64,000 nucleotides of DNA. It comes from Patescibacteria group bacterium (GTDB lineage: Bacteria; Patescibacteriota; Patescibacteriia; JACQRZ01). Position 1 is the stretch's first letter, and each line of letters opens with the position of its first letter. Shown here in pieces: positions 1-8,484 of the stretch. Position numbers and translations under genes: made by a program. Under the pieces are notes generated by a model that saw nothing but the letters and a program-made list of their open reading frames with translations, searched no databases and was not told the origin of the DNA. The DNA lies in contig JBBTRI010000004.1 in assembly GCA_038065255.1 (NCBI GenBank), positions 15,080-79,079 of the forward strand, read 5' to 3'.

Positions 1-271
1 TATCCATAAGATGCCATAATGCGCGCATCCAATAGGGCTTTGCGTTGACATCAAGGAATGAAAAAAGGTTCAATGGATACAAGCGTTCAACGCAGATGCC
101 ATCCTCAAACGATGAGTTGAACATGAGTGATCGCAATCCTTTCCAGTCACAGATTGTTAGAACACGAACAGTATGCTTTTTTTTGAGTTCATCAACAATA
201 TCTTCAACAACTACTTCAGCTCCTCCGCGCACGAGAGGGCGAAACAGGCTTGTAATTACAACGTAGTTCAT
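1..271 (-). CDS. GT4-family glycosyltransferase, N-terminal part (runs off window edge)
   Basis: Manual translation from ATG 271 (ATGA overlap with upstream stop): MNYVVITSLFRPLVRGGAEVVVEDIVDELKKKHTVRVLT, a typical GT-B/GT4 'GGAE' N-terminus. Not in the ORF track. Confidence 0.75.
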   Translation of the reverse strand, partial: MNYVVITSLFRPLVRGGAEVVVEDIVDELKKKHTVRVLTICDWKGLRSLMFNSSFEDGICVERLYPLNLFSFLDVNAKPYWMRALWHLMD

Positions 272-1425
272 ATTTTTTGAAGTTCTGATACGAATTTCTT
301 ACCAACAGCATCTGTTGAATAATTCTGAAGTGCACGTTCGCGCGCAGAACTGCTCATGCGCATACGCAGCGCCTCATCCGAAAGTAATGTATAAAGAGCC
401 TCACCTAATTCAATCGGGTTTGAAGGAGAAAAGTGCAAGCCATCAATGCCATGTCTCACAACACTGCGTACACCTGGCAAATCTGACGTAATAACCGGTT
501 TTCCACAGGCCTGTGCTTCAATAATGGCAATACCAAATGCTTCGGATGAATCAATCGATGGCAAAACAAATACATCTGCGATAGCATAATAGAGCGGCAG
601 CTCATCCGACACAACTGAACCGGCAAAGTGAATATTGCCTTCGCAATCAAGAAGTTTGCTTTGACGTTCGTATTCTTCTTTGCAATCTCCGTCACCGACA
701 ATGACGAGATGGGTGTTATTCATTGTTGAAAAGTGTTTTGAAAAAACTTGGATAAGCAGCGAAACACCTTTGAAATAGTGGGCGCTATCAAGCCCACCGA
801 CGAACACAACAACGCGATCAGTTGCCTTGATGCTATACCGTGAAAGAATACTGCTATCCTTTTGTCGAGGATAAAAAATAGTCGTATCGACTGCACAGGG
901 AAGTTCACTGAATAATTGCTTTCTTTTGCTAAGGTATTTTTTTAAATATGATTGCTGCGCATAATCCCATGATGTTACAAATACTCGGCGAGCAATACGA
1001 AGAGTGAGTGGTAAAAACAAAAATGTATACAGTTTGAATATACACCGAAACAGTCCCTTCCCAACCAAATCATGGTGATAGGTCACAACAATTTTTTTCC
1101 TCCATACATACCCCGCCAAGAGCACCAACCATTCATTGCCAATGCACGGATAGTGGAGATGAATGACATCAGCCTGCAACAAAGGTCTCAAAAGCCCCCT
1201 CATCACCGCTGCATTGCCATAGGATACAGAGGGGTTGAGACGCTTCACTTTTACTCCGCCATCAAATTCCACCGCTGCGACTTTCTTATCTAATGAAGGG
1301 TAGAGTGGAGTTGCAATGGTGACATCAAAACCCTCTTTCGCTGCCATACGCGCATTCTGTTGCGCCACGGTGCCGATTCCTCCCCTATAGGGGGGGTATA
1401 CCGCAACAACTTCGATGAGTTTCAT
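268..1425 (-). CDS. GT4-family glycosyltransferase
   Basis: YPPYRGGIG N-terminus and EAFGIAIIEAQACGKPVI (E-x7-E) motif. Start trimmed to MKLIEVV, which gives an ATGA overlap with the upstream gene. Confidence 0.9.
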   Translation of the reverse strand: MKLIEVVAVYPPYRGGIGTVAQQNARMAAKEGFDVTIATPLYPSLDKKVAAVEFDGGVKVKRLNPSVSYGNAAVMRGLLRPLLQADVIHLHYPCIGNEWLVLLAGYVWRKKIVVTYHHDLVGKGLFRCIFKLYTFLFLPLTLRIARRVFVTSWDYAQQSYLKKYLSKRKQLFSELPCAVDTTIFYPRQKDSSILSRYSIKATDRVVVFVGGLDSAHYFKGVSLLIQVFSKHFSTMNNTHLVIVGDGDCKEEYERQSKLLDCEGNIHFAGSVVSDELPLYYAIADVFVLPSIDSSEAFGIAIIEAQACGKPVITSDLPGVRSVVRHGIDGLHFSPSNPIELGEALYTLLSDEALRMRMSSSARERALQNYSTDAVGKKFVSELQKI

Positions 1426-2489
1426 ACAAATCTTTTGATGCATTTCCAATACCAACGCGTTATCGGGTTTGCAACATTGCGGATAATGGGACTATCAACA
1501 TCTTGGAAAGCGATATCACAGGTAAAATGCCTCATGATATCCGCATCTTGTTTGACACGCAGCGGAGCGGACTTCTTACGCTCGCGCGCAATATACGCCC
1601 ATATCGATGGCTTAAGGAAAAATGCATAGCTTTTGATTTTTTCCTTCACCCTGATTACGGTATTTTTTCTCGAGAGCAGTCCGATAATACTATATGCCAC
1701 TATACTGCACTCCCAAAACAAAAATAAAGGAGCAAGAAGAACGAGTGTTTTGAGTTGATAGTTTTTGAGCATCATCAGCAGCCTATTACGTTCAATATAA
1801 TAAAACTTTTGGATGCTCCTGGAAAATTCATAGCGATGAGCAACAACAGATAACGGACTCACTACGGTACGATAGCCTGCCTGCTGCATGCGCCAACAAA
1901 TGTCGGAGTCTTCATGATACATAAAAAACTTCTCATCTAATAACCCGATCCGCCGCAGCACGTCAATGCGATAGATGACTGCTGCTCCACTGCAATATCC
2001 AACATCGCGCACTCCATCACAGAAAAACTCACTATTTTTTTTCAAATACCCCCGCGTATAACCGAATCCTAAAATATGCAGTTCATTCCCGCATGAATTG
2101 ATGAGTGTGGTATCGGGATACATGAGAATCTTGGGCTGCACTGCTCCTAATGATGCATCACTATCCAGTAAGGATATAAGAGGATCGCGCCAATTGGGCA
2201 AAAACCGTAAATCTTGGTTCGCAAGCATCACATACTGTGCTCCATGTTCAATGCCATATCGCATACCGGTATTGCACGCACCGGCAAACCCACTGTTTTT
2301 GGCATTTCGCAATACTATTGCTTGGGGACATGATGTGCGTAGAAGATCCGCTGAATTATCCGGAGAACAATCGTCTACCCCAACCAATGTATAACTGCCC
2401 TGTTCTGTGCATTGCTTCAAAGATTCACAGAAATCAGGAACATCCTGTGCACCATTATACATCGGGACAACGATCCACAGCTTTTGCAT
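1422..2489 (-). CDS. GT2-family glycosyltransferase (WbbL/RfbF-like)
   Basis: VVPMYN, VDDCSPDNS, NSGFAGACNTG, NQD and FFMYHEDSDICWR motifs. Confidence 0.9.
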   Translation of the reverse strand: MQKLWIVVPMYNGAQDVPDFCESLKQCTEQGSYTLVGVDDCSPDNSADLLRTSCPQAIVLRNAKNSGFAGACNTGMRYGIEHGAQYVMLANQDLRFLPNWRDPLISLLDSDASLGAVQPKILMYPDTTLINSCGNELHILGFGYTRGYLKKNSEFFCDGVRDVGYCSGAAVIYRIDVLRRIGLLDEKFFMYHEDSDICWRMQQAGYRTVVSPLSVVAHRYEFSRSIQKFYYIERNRLLMMLKNYQLKTLVLLAPLFLFWECSIVAYSIIGLLSRKNTVIRVKEKIKSYAFFLKPSIWAYIARERKKSAPLRVKQDADIMRHFTCDIAFQDVDSPIIRNVANPITRWYWKCIKRFV

Positions 2490-2512
2490 ACATAGTGACC
2501 TTTCAGCAATAT

Positions 2513-3130
2513 CTAATAATCAAAGTCGATCCTGCCGGAAATCCGATCAAGCACAACTTGTTTTGTGTGATTATTTCGTGTGTTCTTGAGTGTGAGTGTC
2601 AGTTTTTTCATTTCTGTTGCCGCATCAATAAGCACAAATGATGTCGGCCGTTGAAAAAATGCTGTTGCTGTAGTTACCGTGATAATACTATCGTCTGCTG
2701 CCTTGAGTTCCTCGATTTTTTCCAATACGATCGGAGCTCCGTCCACAATAAGGGATTGGCATCGAATAACCGTGTCGGTATTAGGGGTGTATGCTTTATT
2801 ACTATCGGTATCTGCAAAAAGTACAATACCTTCATTGATGGTTGTAGAGCCGTCCACGCACGATTTGCTTGCTGCTGTTTGGAATACATATACGCCATAT
2901 CCTTGCGCATTAGCATACTGCTCAATACTGCCGGACTGGGCGGCAGATTGGCTTGTGCGAAGCGCATCGCTCATGCGCATGGTAGCAAGGCGCAACGCAT
3001 CATCCTGGCGTCCGGATTGAAACTGCACAACCGAAACAGTGGTCAAAAGGCCAATAATCGTAAGCGCTACAAGCATTTCAACGAGCGTAAAACCCCTTCG
3101 AACATCTGTCTGTTGCGTATACGTAATCAT
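2513..3130 (-). CDS. Type IV minor pilin / pseudopilin (FimT/GspH-like)
   Basis: Class III signal RRG|FTLVEMLVALTIIG. Real start is MITYTQQ at 3130; the ORF track extends into pilD. Confidence 0.85.
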   Translation of the reverse strand: MITYTQQTDVRRGFTLVEMLVALTIIGLLTTVSVVQFQSGRQDDALRLATMRMSDALRTSQSAAQSGSIEQYANAQGYGVYVFQTAASKSCVDGSTTINEGIVLFADTDSNKAYTPNTDTVIRCQSLIVDGAPIVLEKIEELKAADDSIITVTTATAFFQRPTSFVLIDAATEMKKLTLTLKNTRNNHTKQVVLDRISGRIDFDY

Positions 3131-3140
3131 AGTACGAGTA

Positions 3141-3983
3141 TCATAGCAAGAGCGTACGATTAACAAAAGCCATAATCGGATCTCCAATGAGAAGCATCGT
3201 GGCCGTTGCTGCTGTAAGAAACGTACCAAAAGGTACTTCACTGCCTCGCGATTTTTTGCCAGCGGCAATGAGCGCAATACCGATAATCGAACCGGTACAA
3301 TAGGCAATAAACAGCGCCACAAGCACCTGGGGCCAGCCGAGCATAAGTCCCATCATGCCTCCCAAGAGGATATCCCCTCCACCAATCCATTTTCCTGATG
3401 AAACTACATATTGTGCGCCAAAAAATGCCGTTGGAACAAGCGCTGCAACACCAAGATTTAACCATGCCGGCAGAATATAGTGTGGAGAAAAAAGTGGTGG
3501 CATAAGCAGATGAGCCGCTAACGCTAGCGCACAACCTGTCAGAACAACGCTGTCATAGATCGCAAACCAACGAAGATCGGTGACAAATATCACCAGTAAT
3601 ATACCCAAGAAAAATATGTTCTTAACAAACACCAAGACGGGAAAAAGCGTTCCGATTGCAAGGATCATTGATAATGATTGTGCTTGAAATTCTGAGAGTA
3701 TCGCAAGGTAAGCTACTACAACCAACACTCCCATTGCAAGCTCTACAAACGGGTATTGGGGTGATAGGGGTGCCTTACAATATCTGCACGTGCCTTTCAA
3801 CACCAAAAAACTTACCAGAGGAATAAGATCCTTGATAGTAAGTGCTGTGTTGCAAGTACCGCAATGCGAACGGCCCCGCTGCCATTGTTCATTCCTGTGT
3901 AAGCGAAAAATAATAACATTCAAAAAACTGCCGACACACAAGCCCAAAAGAAATACTACCAGAAGTTCAAATATAAAAAGCAT
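3141..3983 (-). CDS. pilD: Prepilin peptidase (A24)
   Basis: GSFLNVIIFR, CxxC...CxxC Zn motif, D and GGGD catalytic motifs, VPFGTFL. Confidence 0.95.
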   Translation of the reverse strand: MLFIFELLVVFLLGLCVGSFLNVIIFRLHRNEQWQRGRSHCGTCNTALTIKDLIPLVSFLVLKGTCRYCKAPLSPQYPFVELAMGVLVVVAYLAILSEFQAQSLSMILAIGTLFPVLVFVKNIFFLGILLVIFVTDLRWFAIYDSVVLTGCALALAAHLLMPPLFSPHYILPAWLNLGVAALVPTAFFGAQYVVSSGKWIGGGDILLGGMMGLMLGWPQVLVALFIAYCTGSIIGIALIAAGKKSRGSEVPFGTFLTAATATMLLIGDPIMAFVNRTLLL

Positions 3984-3989
3984 TTCAGG

Positions 3990-4505
3990 TTATTGGACTC
4001 CTGATGGGCGCGCTATATGCTCCCCCGGTGTATACCCTGCTATAGTTGTTTCGAGATTGAATTTCATTTGGTATGCTGTGGGCTTATCATTACCTGGCAG
4101 CGTTTCCGGTTTATAGCGGTAGTACATAGGACCACCCGGCTGTGGGTTGCCCGGAACTTTACTCATATACACAGGAAATGCTCCGCATGCAGCAAGCGTA
4201 GCTTCAAAACCATACTGCGTTGCAGCACAGAGCACATTGTGGTTTGCATCTCCCAAATTCACAAACCCTTCGCCATCTTTTAAATTATCCTTAGTCTGTG
4301 GATAACCATTTGTTTGATTGAAATAAAACTCCAAGCCTGTTTGAAGCTGCTTAATATCCGCTAACCGTTTGGAATCGCGTGCGACCTGGCGCACATTTCC
4401 CACTGATAGCACGGTAATGCTTGCCAATAGACCAATGATTGAAATGGTAACAAGAAGTTCCACAAGTGTGAAACCTTTTTTGCAAAGAGTGGTATCTAGT
4501 TTCAT
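3990..4505 (-). CDS. Type IV pilin-like protein
   Basis: KKG|FTLVELLVTISIIG; RDSKRLADIKQLQTGLEFY. Confidence 0.9.
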   Translation of the reverse strand: MKLDTTLCKKGFTLVELLVTISIIGLLASITVLSVGNVRQVARDSKRLADIKQLQTGLEFYFNQTNGYPQTKDNLKDGEGFVNLGDANHNVLCAATQYGFEATLAACGAFPVYMSKVPGNPQPGGPMYYRYKPETLPGNDKPTAYQMKFNLETTIAGYTPGEHIARPSGVQ

Positions 4506-4571
4506 AGTGATATTTGAAAACAAAGTTAGTTATGCACTTCTTGTATGATTATATCACAATAATGTAAAAAC

Positions 4572-4602
4572 AAAAAACACCCCCGAATCTTGGGGGTGTT
4601 TG
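4572..4602 (-). terminator. Intrinsic terminator after the three-pilin block
   Basis: Minus strand AAACACCCC-loop-GGGGTGTTT followed by a T-run. Confidence 0.75.
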
Positions 4603-4615
4603 AAGTTCGCAATAA

Positions 4616-5113
4616 TTATGGAGCAATACCTGTCGGAGTAGCCTTGTAGGTTGCAGCAGCACCAAGCGATGTAGTACCTTCCGTGGTAAATGTCATCGTA
4701 TAGGTAAGTCTGTTTACATCTGCAGCAATGTCTTTGAGATAGAGATATTCCTTCCCGTCAGTAGGATCATGGGGTACCACATTAAGGTATACAGTTTCAT
4801 CCGCAGCAGGAGTTTCCTTTATACCGGCTGATGTAATAGCCATAGGATCATTAGCATCATTTGTATTTCTACCAAGTTTAAGATCCGCACCTGATGCAGG
4901 ATACATACCTCCATGCTCATTATTATACAGTTCAAGAGCATTCTGAATCTGCTTGATATCAGCAATGCGGCGTGTATCACGCGCTTTAATGCGCACAGAA
5001 TTCACTGATACAATTGCGATACCAGCCAGTAAACCAATAATTGCCACAACTACCAACAATTCGACGAGTGTAAAACCTTTTTGAAGCCCTAGAGCATATT
5101 TTCTCATATTCAT
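4616..5113 (-). CDS. Type IV pilin (tandem copy 3)
   Basis: QKG|FTLVELLVVVAIIG. Start at MNMRKY (5113) or 5107. Confidence 0.9.
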   Translation of the reverse strand: MNMRKYALGLQKGFTLVELLVVVAIIGLLAGIAIVSVNSVRIKARDTRRIADIKQIQNALELYNNEHGGMYPASGADLKLGRNTNDANDPMAITSAGIKETPAADETVYLNVVPHDPTDGKEYLYLKDIAADVNRLTYTMTFTTEGTTSLGAAATYKATPTGIAP

Positions 5114-5117
5114 ATTT

Positions 5118-5588
5118 TTATCTTCCACTAATACCCGTAGGTGTTGCTTTATAGTTTCCAAGCGCGCCGAGTGATGTAACGCCCTCTGTTGCAAAATTAA
5201 TCTGATAATTCAAGCAAGGTTTTGTTGCATCACCTTCGGTACCGCACGCTAGATATTGATATTGGAATTCACCGTTATTTGTCGGGTCTTTCGGCACGAC
5301 ATTTAAAAACGTAGGGTCACCTGCAGCAAAACCATTTGTAGAAATCACAGTAATGCCCGCATCACCAAGTTCCTTAGTAGCTGTTGCTTGAGGATAGAGT
5401 CCTCCTTTTTCATTATTATACAGCTCAAGCGCATTCTGGATTTGCTTAACATCTGCAATGCGACGTGTATCACGCGCTTTAATACGTACCGAATTCACCG
5501 ATACAATTGCAATACCCGCCAGTAAACCGATGATTGCCACAACCACCAGCAATTCGACGAGTGTAAAGCCTTTTTGAATATTTTTCAT
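5118..5588 (-). CDS. Type IV pilin (tandem copy 2)
   Basis: QKG|FTLVELLVVVAIIG; 55 of 56 residues from QKG to YNNE are identical to copy 3. Confidence 0.92.
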   Translation of the reverse strand: MKNIQKGFTLVELLVVVAIIGLLAGIAIVSVNSVRIKARDTRRIADVKQIQNALELYNNEKGGLYPQATATKELGDAGITVISTNGFAAGDPTFLNVVPKDPTNNGEFQYQYLACGTEGDATKPCLNYQINFATEGVTSLGALGNYKATPTGISGR

Positions 5589-5638
5589 AGGCTAATGTGC
5601 TTAAAATTAATGATTAAATGAATCTTATTGTAAGTATA

Positions 5639-6100
5639 TTAGGGAACTACAACTACCGGTTTAATTTTCATCCCACCGGAAGTTGCTTGATAGGTACCTT
5701 TTTCCATGGTACCCGTTCCAGTTTCGAGAACAAATTCTATAATATAATCCTTTGTGGGGGCAGCAGGTGTGGGATATACATAGGATTGTGTTGAAGCTGG
5801 GTCCTTTGGAACTGGGTTTAAATAAACACTATCTCCGACTCCTACAGCAGTCGTAAAACCTAGATTAGAAATAGCAACACCACTACCTTCTCCAATTTTT
5901 GCAACCTCAGCTGCGGGATAGGTTCCTGAATCACTATAATATAACTCAAGCGCATTTTGGATCTGTTTGATATCTGCAACTCTTCGAGCATCCCGTGCTT
6001 TGGAACGCACACTATTTACCGATACCGTGGCAATGCCTGCCATGAGTCCAATAATTGCAACAACAACGAGCAATTCAACGAGCGTAAAACCTTTTTTCAT
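5639..6100 (-). CDS. Type IV pilin (tandem copy 1)
   Basis: MKKG|FTLVELLVVVAIIG; RDARRVADIKQIQNALELY. Confidence 0.92.
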   Translation of the reverse strand: MKKGFTLVELLVVVAIIGLMAGIATVSVNSVRSKARDARRVADIKQIQNALELYYSDSGTYPAAEVAKIGEGSGVAISNLGFTTAVGVGDSVYLNPVPKDPASTQSYVYPTPAAPTKDYIIEFVLETGTGTMEKGTYQATSGGMKIKPVVVVP

Positions 6101-6161
6101 AATTATTCTTCTCTATATCGCTTAGTTATCCACAATGAGTACCTTTGATAGTATAGCATAT

Positions 6162-7373
6162 CTACATTTTTGACGATAGTGTGTACATTGGCAATAGAAT
6201 ACCTGCAACCATAACACCCACACCCAAGCCGAGCAGTACCATAATAGCCGGTTCAATGAGTGATATAACGTTATCCAGCATTACTCCCACCTCGCGATTA
6301 TAAAACTGGCTCACTTTTTCCAATACATCATCCAAGCGCCCGGTCTGCTCGCCCACGGAAAGCATGTGGGTAACCATCGGAGGAATCTCATGGCTTTTGG
6401 CGAATGCCGTAGAAATAGGATTGCCATCTTCCACTTCTTTAATGGTCTGCGTAATCAAATCCTCATATACCGCATTACCCACAATATCCCTTACCACGCG
6501 TAATCCTATAGGAATAGTAATGCCCCCCACGAGAATTGTCCCGAGACTCCGAGAAAAACGCACCAATGATACATACGTAAATAATTTGCCAAATACCGGC
6601 AGCTTAAGCATGATGAAATGAATAACATAGCGCCCGGCAGGAGTTCTGATGTATACATTGAATGCTACAATTATCCCAATAAGAATAATGATGATAAGCC
6701 ACCAAAAATGGGTAAAAAACCAGCTGGTACCGATCAAGATGCGTGTTGCAATCGGAAGCTCTACGCCAGGCCCCATATCGGTAAACATCGTGAGCATTTT
6801 AGGCAGCACAAATACAAACATCACAAAACTTGCGACAATCATCATGCAGATAATGAAAATCGGATAGGACAACGCGCCAATCAACTTGCTTTGGAGTTCA
6901 TATTCTTTTTCTTGTTGGTCAGCAAGGTAATTCATAATTTCATCCAAGCGCCCTGAAGTTTCACCGGATTTAATCATGTTTACAAAGTACGAATTGAACA
7001 AATTCGGATACCTGCCCAATGCTTGGGAAAGCTTCATGCCGCCTTCAACTTCATTCACCACATTGGAAAGCGCCTCTTTCAGTGCTCCGCTTGAGGATTG
7101 CTGCGAAAGGATTTTGAGAGCCTGAACCAGCGGTACTGCCGCGGAAACCAAGATGGAAAGCTGGCGCAGGAAAATAGCAAGGTCCTTTTTTGAAACACGG
7201 GAAAAAAACATTCCAATGACCTTAGTAAAGCTTGTTTCAACCACTTCTTTCAACTCCATCACAGCCAGCTCACGCTCCAGGAGCATTTCTGCAGCATGGG
7301 ACTGGGATTCCGCCTCGAGCATCCCTTCAATGTCTTCGCTATTCCTGTTTTTTGCTTTATATTTGAATCGCAT
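6162..7373 (-). CDS. pilC: Type IV pilus platform protein PilC / GspF family
   Basis: F.YKA N-terminus, two GspF repeats (GETSGRLDE, GEQTGRLDD), EP...LPMY C-terminus. Start trimmed to MRFKY. Confidence 0.93.
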   Translation of the reverse strand: MRFKYKAKNRNSEDIEGMLEAESQSHAAEMLLERELAVMELKEVVETSFTKVIGMFFSRVSKKDLAIFLRQLSILVSAAVPLVQALKILSQQSSSGALKEALSNVVNEVEGGMKLSQALGRYPNLFNSYFVNMIKSGETSGRLDEIMNYLADQQEKEYELQSKLIGALSYPIFIICMMIVASFVMFVFVLPKMLTMFTDMGPGVELPIATRILIGTSWFFTHFWWLIIIILIGIIVAFNVYIRTPAGRYVIHFIMLKLPVFGKLFTYVSLVRFSRSLGTILVGGITIPIGLRVVRDIVGNAVYEDLITQTIKEVEDGNPISTAFAKSHEIPPMVTHMLSVGEQTGRLDDVLEKVSQFYNREVGVMLDNVISLIEPAIMVLLGLGVGVMVAGILLPMYTLSSKM

Positions 7374-7398
7374 GGAAATAAGTATACCACACAAAATC

Positions 7399-7785
7399 TT
7401 ATCGATAGCGCGTGGGGCGGCGGGAAATGAGGAAAAATTCTGCTAACGTCAACCCCACTACCAAAAATGCAAGATTATACCACGTCAAAAGCCTCAGTGC
7501 CTGCAGAATAAGAAAGCCGTCCACAAGCAGTGCAAATGAGAATGCCTGACGGAATGAAAGGTGTACGCGCTGAAATACGATTTCCTTTTTAAATACCCAT
7601 GTCCTCACAAAAAAACCGATAATTGCAAACGTTCCAATCATGCTAAAGGTCAAGCTTACATAAAAAAGCAAAAGCCCCACCATGCCGGTGTCAAAGGGAT
7701 TCACTGTAGAAATGACATAGAACCACGCACCCCAGGAAAGAAGGGTACCTGCAAGCATCATGAGGATATAATGAAAAAGTGTCAT
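7399..7785 (-). CDS. Hypothetical membrane protein (about 4 TM)
   Basis: 128 aa with four hydrophobic segments; tightly packed in the minus-strand operon. Confidence 0.75.
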   Translation of the reverse strand: MTLFHYILMMLAGTLLSWGAWFYVISTVNPFDTGMVGLLLFYVSLTFSMIGTFAIIGFFVRTWVFKKEIVFQRVHLSFRQAFSFALLVDGFLILQALRLLTWYNLAFLVVGLTLAEFFLISRRPTRYR

Positions 7786-7791
7786 AGGATA

Positions 7792-8157
7792 TTATTGAAT
7801 GCCGCTTGGGGTGACAATATGTTCTCCTTTCGGATAGATTACATTTGTTTTTAATAGAAAGCGCACACGGTATGAAGGACAACGCGATTGGCTTTGGCAT
7901 TCTGTTGAGCTATCGGCAAGGAGCGGCACATAAGCGGCCGCCAAAAAACCGAAGCGCTGCAAAAACGGATCCTGGAGATGGGGATAAGCAGCATACTGCT
8001 GGGCGTAGAGCGAGAGTGAATCCTTCATACTAGCAACTTGTGAAACAATCTGCAGGTCGTATGAACGTTCGGACTCATACGCATTCCAATAGTAAAATCC
8101 AACACTGCTGAGCGCAATGAGCATACCGGCAATAATCCATCTGAAAATCGGTTTCAT
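7792..8157 (-). CDS. Degenerate pilin-like protein lacking the prepilin cleavage motif
   Basis: N-terminal TM, then SMKDSLSLYAQQYAAYP (cf. QIQNALELYYSDSGTYP). C-terminal YPKGEHIVTPSGIQ (cf. YTPGEHIARPSGVQ of the pilin at 3990). Confidence 0.6.
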   Translation of the reverse strand: MKPIFRWIIAGMLIALSSVGFYYWNAYESERSYDLQIVSQVASMKDSLSLYAQQYAAYPHLQDPFLQRFGFLAAAYVPLLADSSTECQSQSRCPSYRVRFLLKTNVIYPKGEHIVTPSGIQ

Positions 8158-8161
8158 AGGG

Positions 8162-8461
8162 CTATGTAGTAACAATAGTTATTCTATCAGCCACGGATTT
8201 ATCAAATCCCTCATTCACATACTGTACAATCATTTCTTCATACATGCCGATCGAAGCAGCTGCCGAGGAATCAATACATGCAAACGTAAGAATCCTACCC
8301 CTCAGTGAAAGTGGTTTGATAACCTCAAGGATATCGGCCCCAAAAAATTCTTTAACAATTTCTTCTGATCGGCTCACTGCCTTGGCAGCCGTAACGCCTC
8401 GATGGATTCCCGCACGATGCACCGCGCGGTTGAGAAGGGTATGCAATGCTGTAAAGGCCAT
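8162..8461 (-). CDS. dciA: DciA/DUF721 family protein
   Basis: 99 aa with the pattern ...IKPLSLRGRILTFACIDSSAAASI...IVQYVN...DRITI, resembling DUF721. Confidence 0.6.
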   Translation of the reverse strand: MAFTALHTLLNRAVHRAGIHRGVTAAKAVSRSEEIVKEFFGADILEVIKPLSLRGRILTFACIDSSAAASIGMYEEMIVQYVNEGFDKSVADRITIVTT

Positions 8462-8484
8462 ATAGTGTAGTATAGCACTTATTG

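Noticed and set aside
4616-5588. DGR template/variable repeat pair or silent pilin cassettes
   Set aside because: Differences are mostly synonymous and not adenine-specific, no reverse transcriptase is present, and every copy has a full leader.
2513-7373. Type II secretion system
   Set aside because: No secretin or other Gsp components are visible; multiple pilins with PilC and PilD fit a type IV pilus better.
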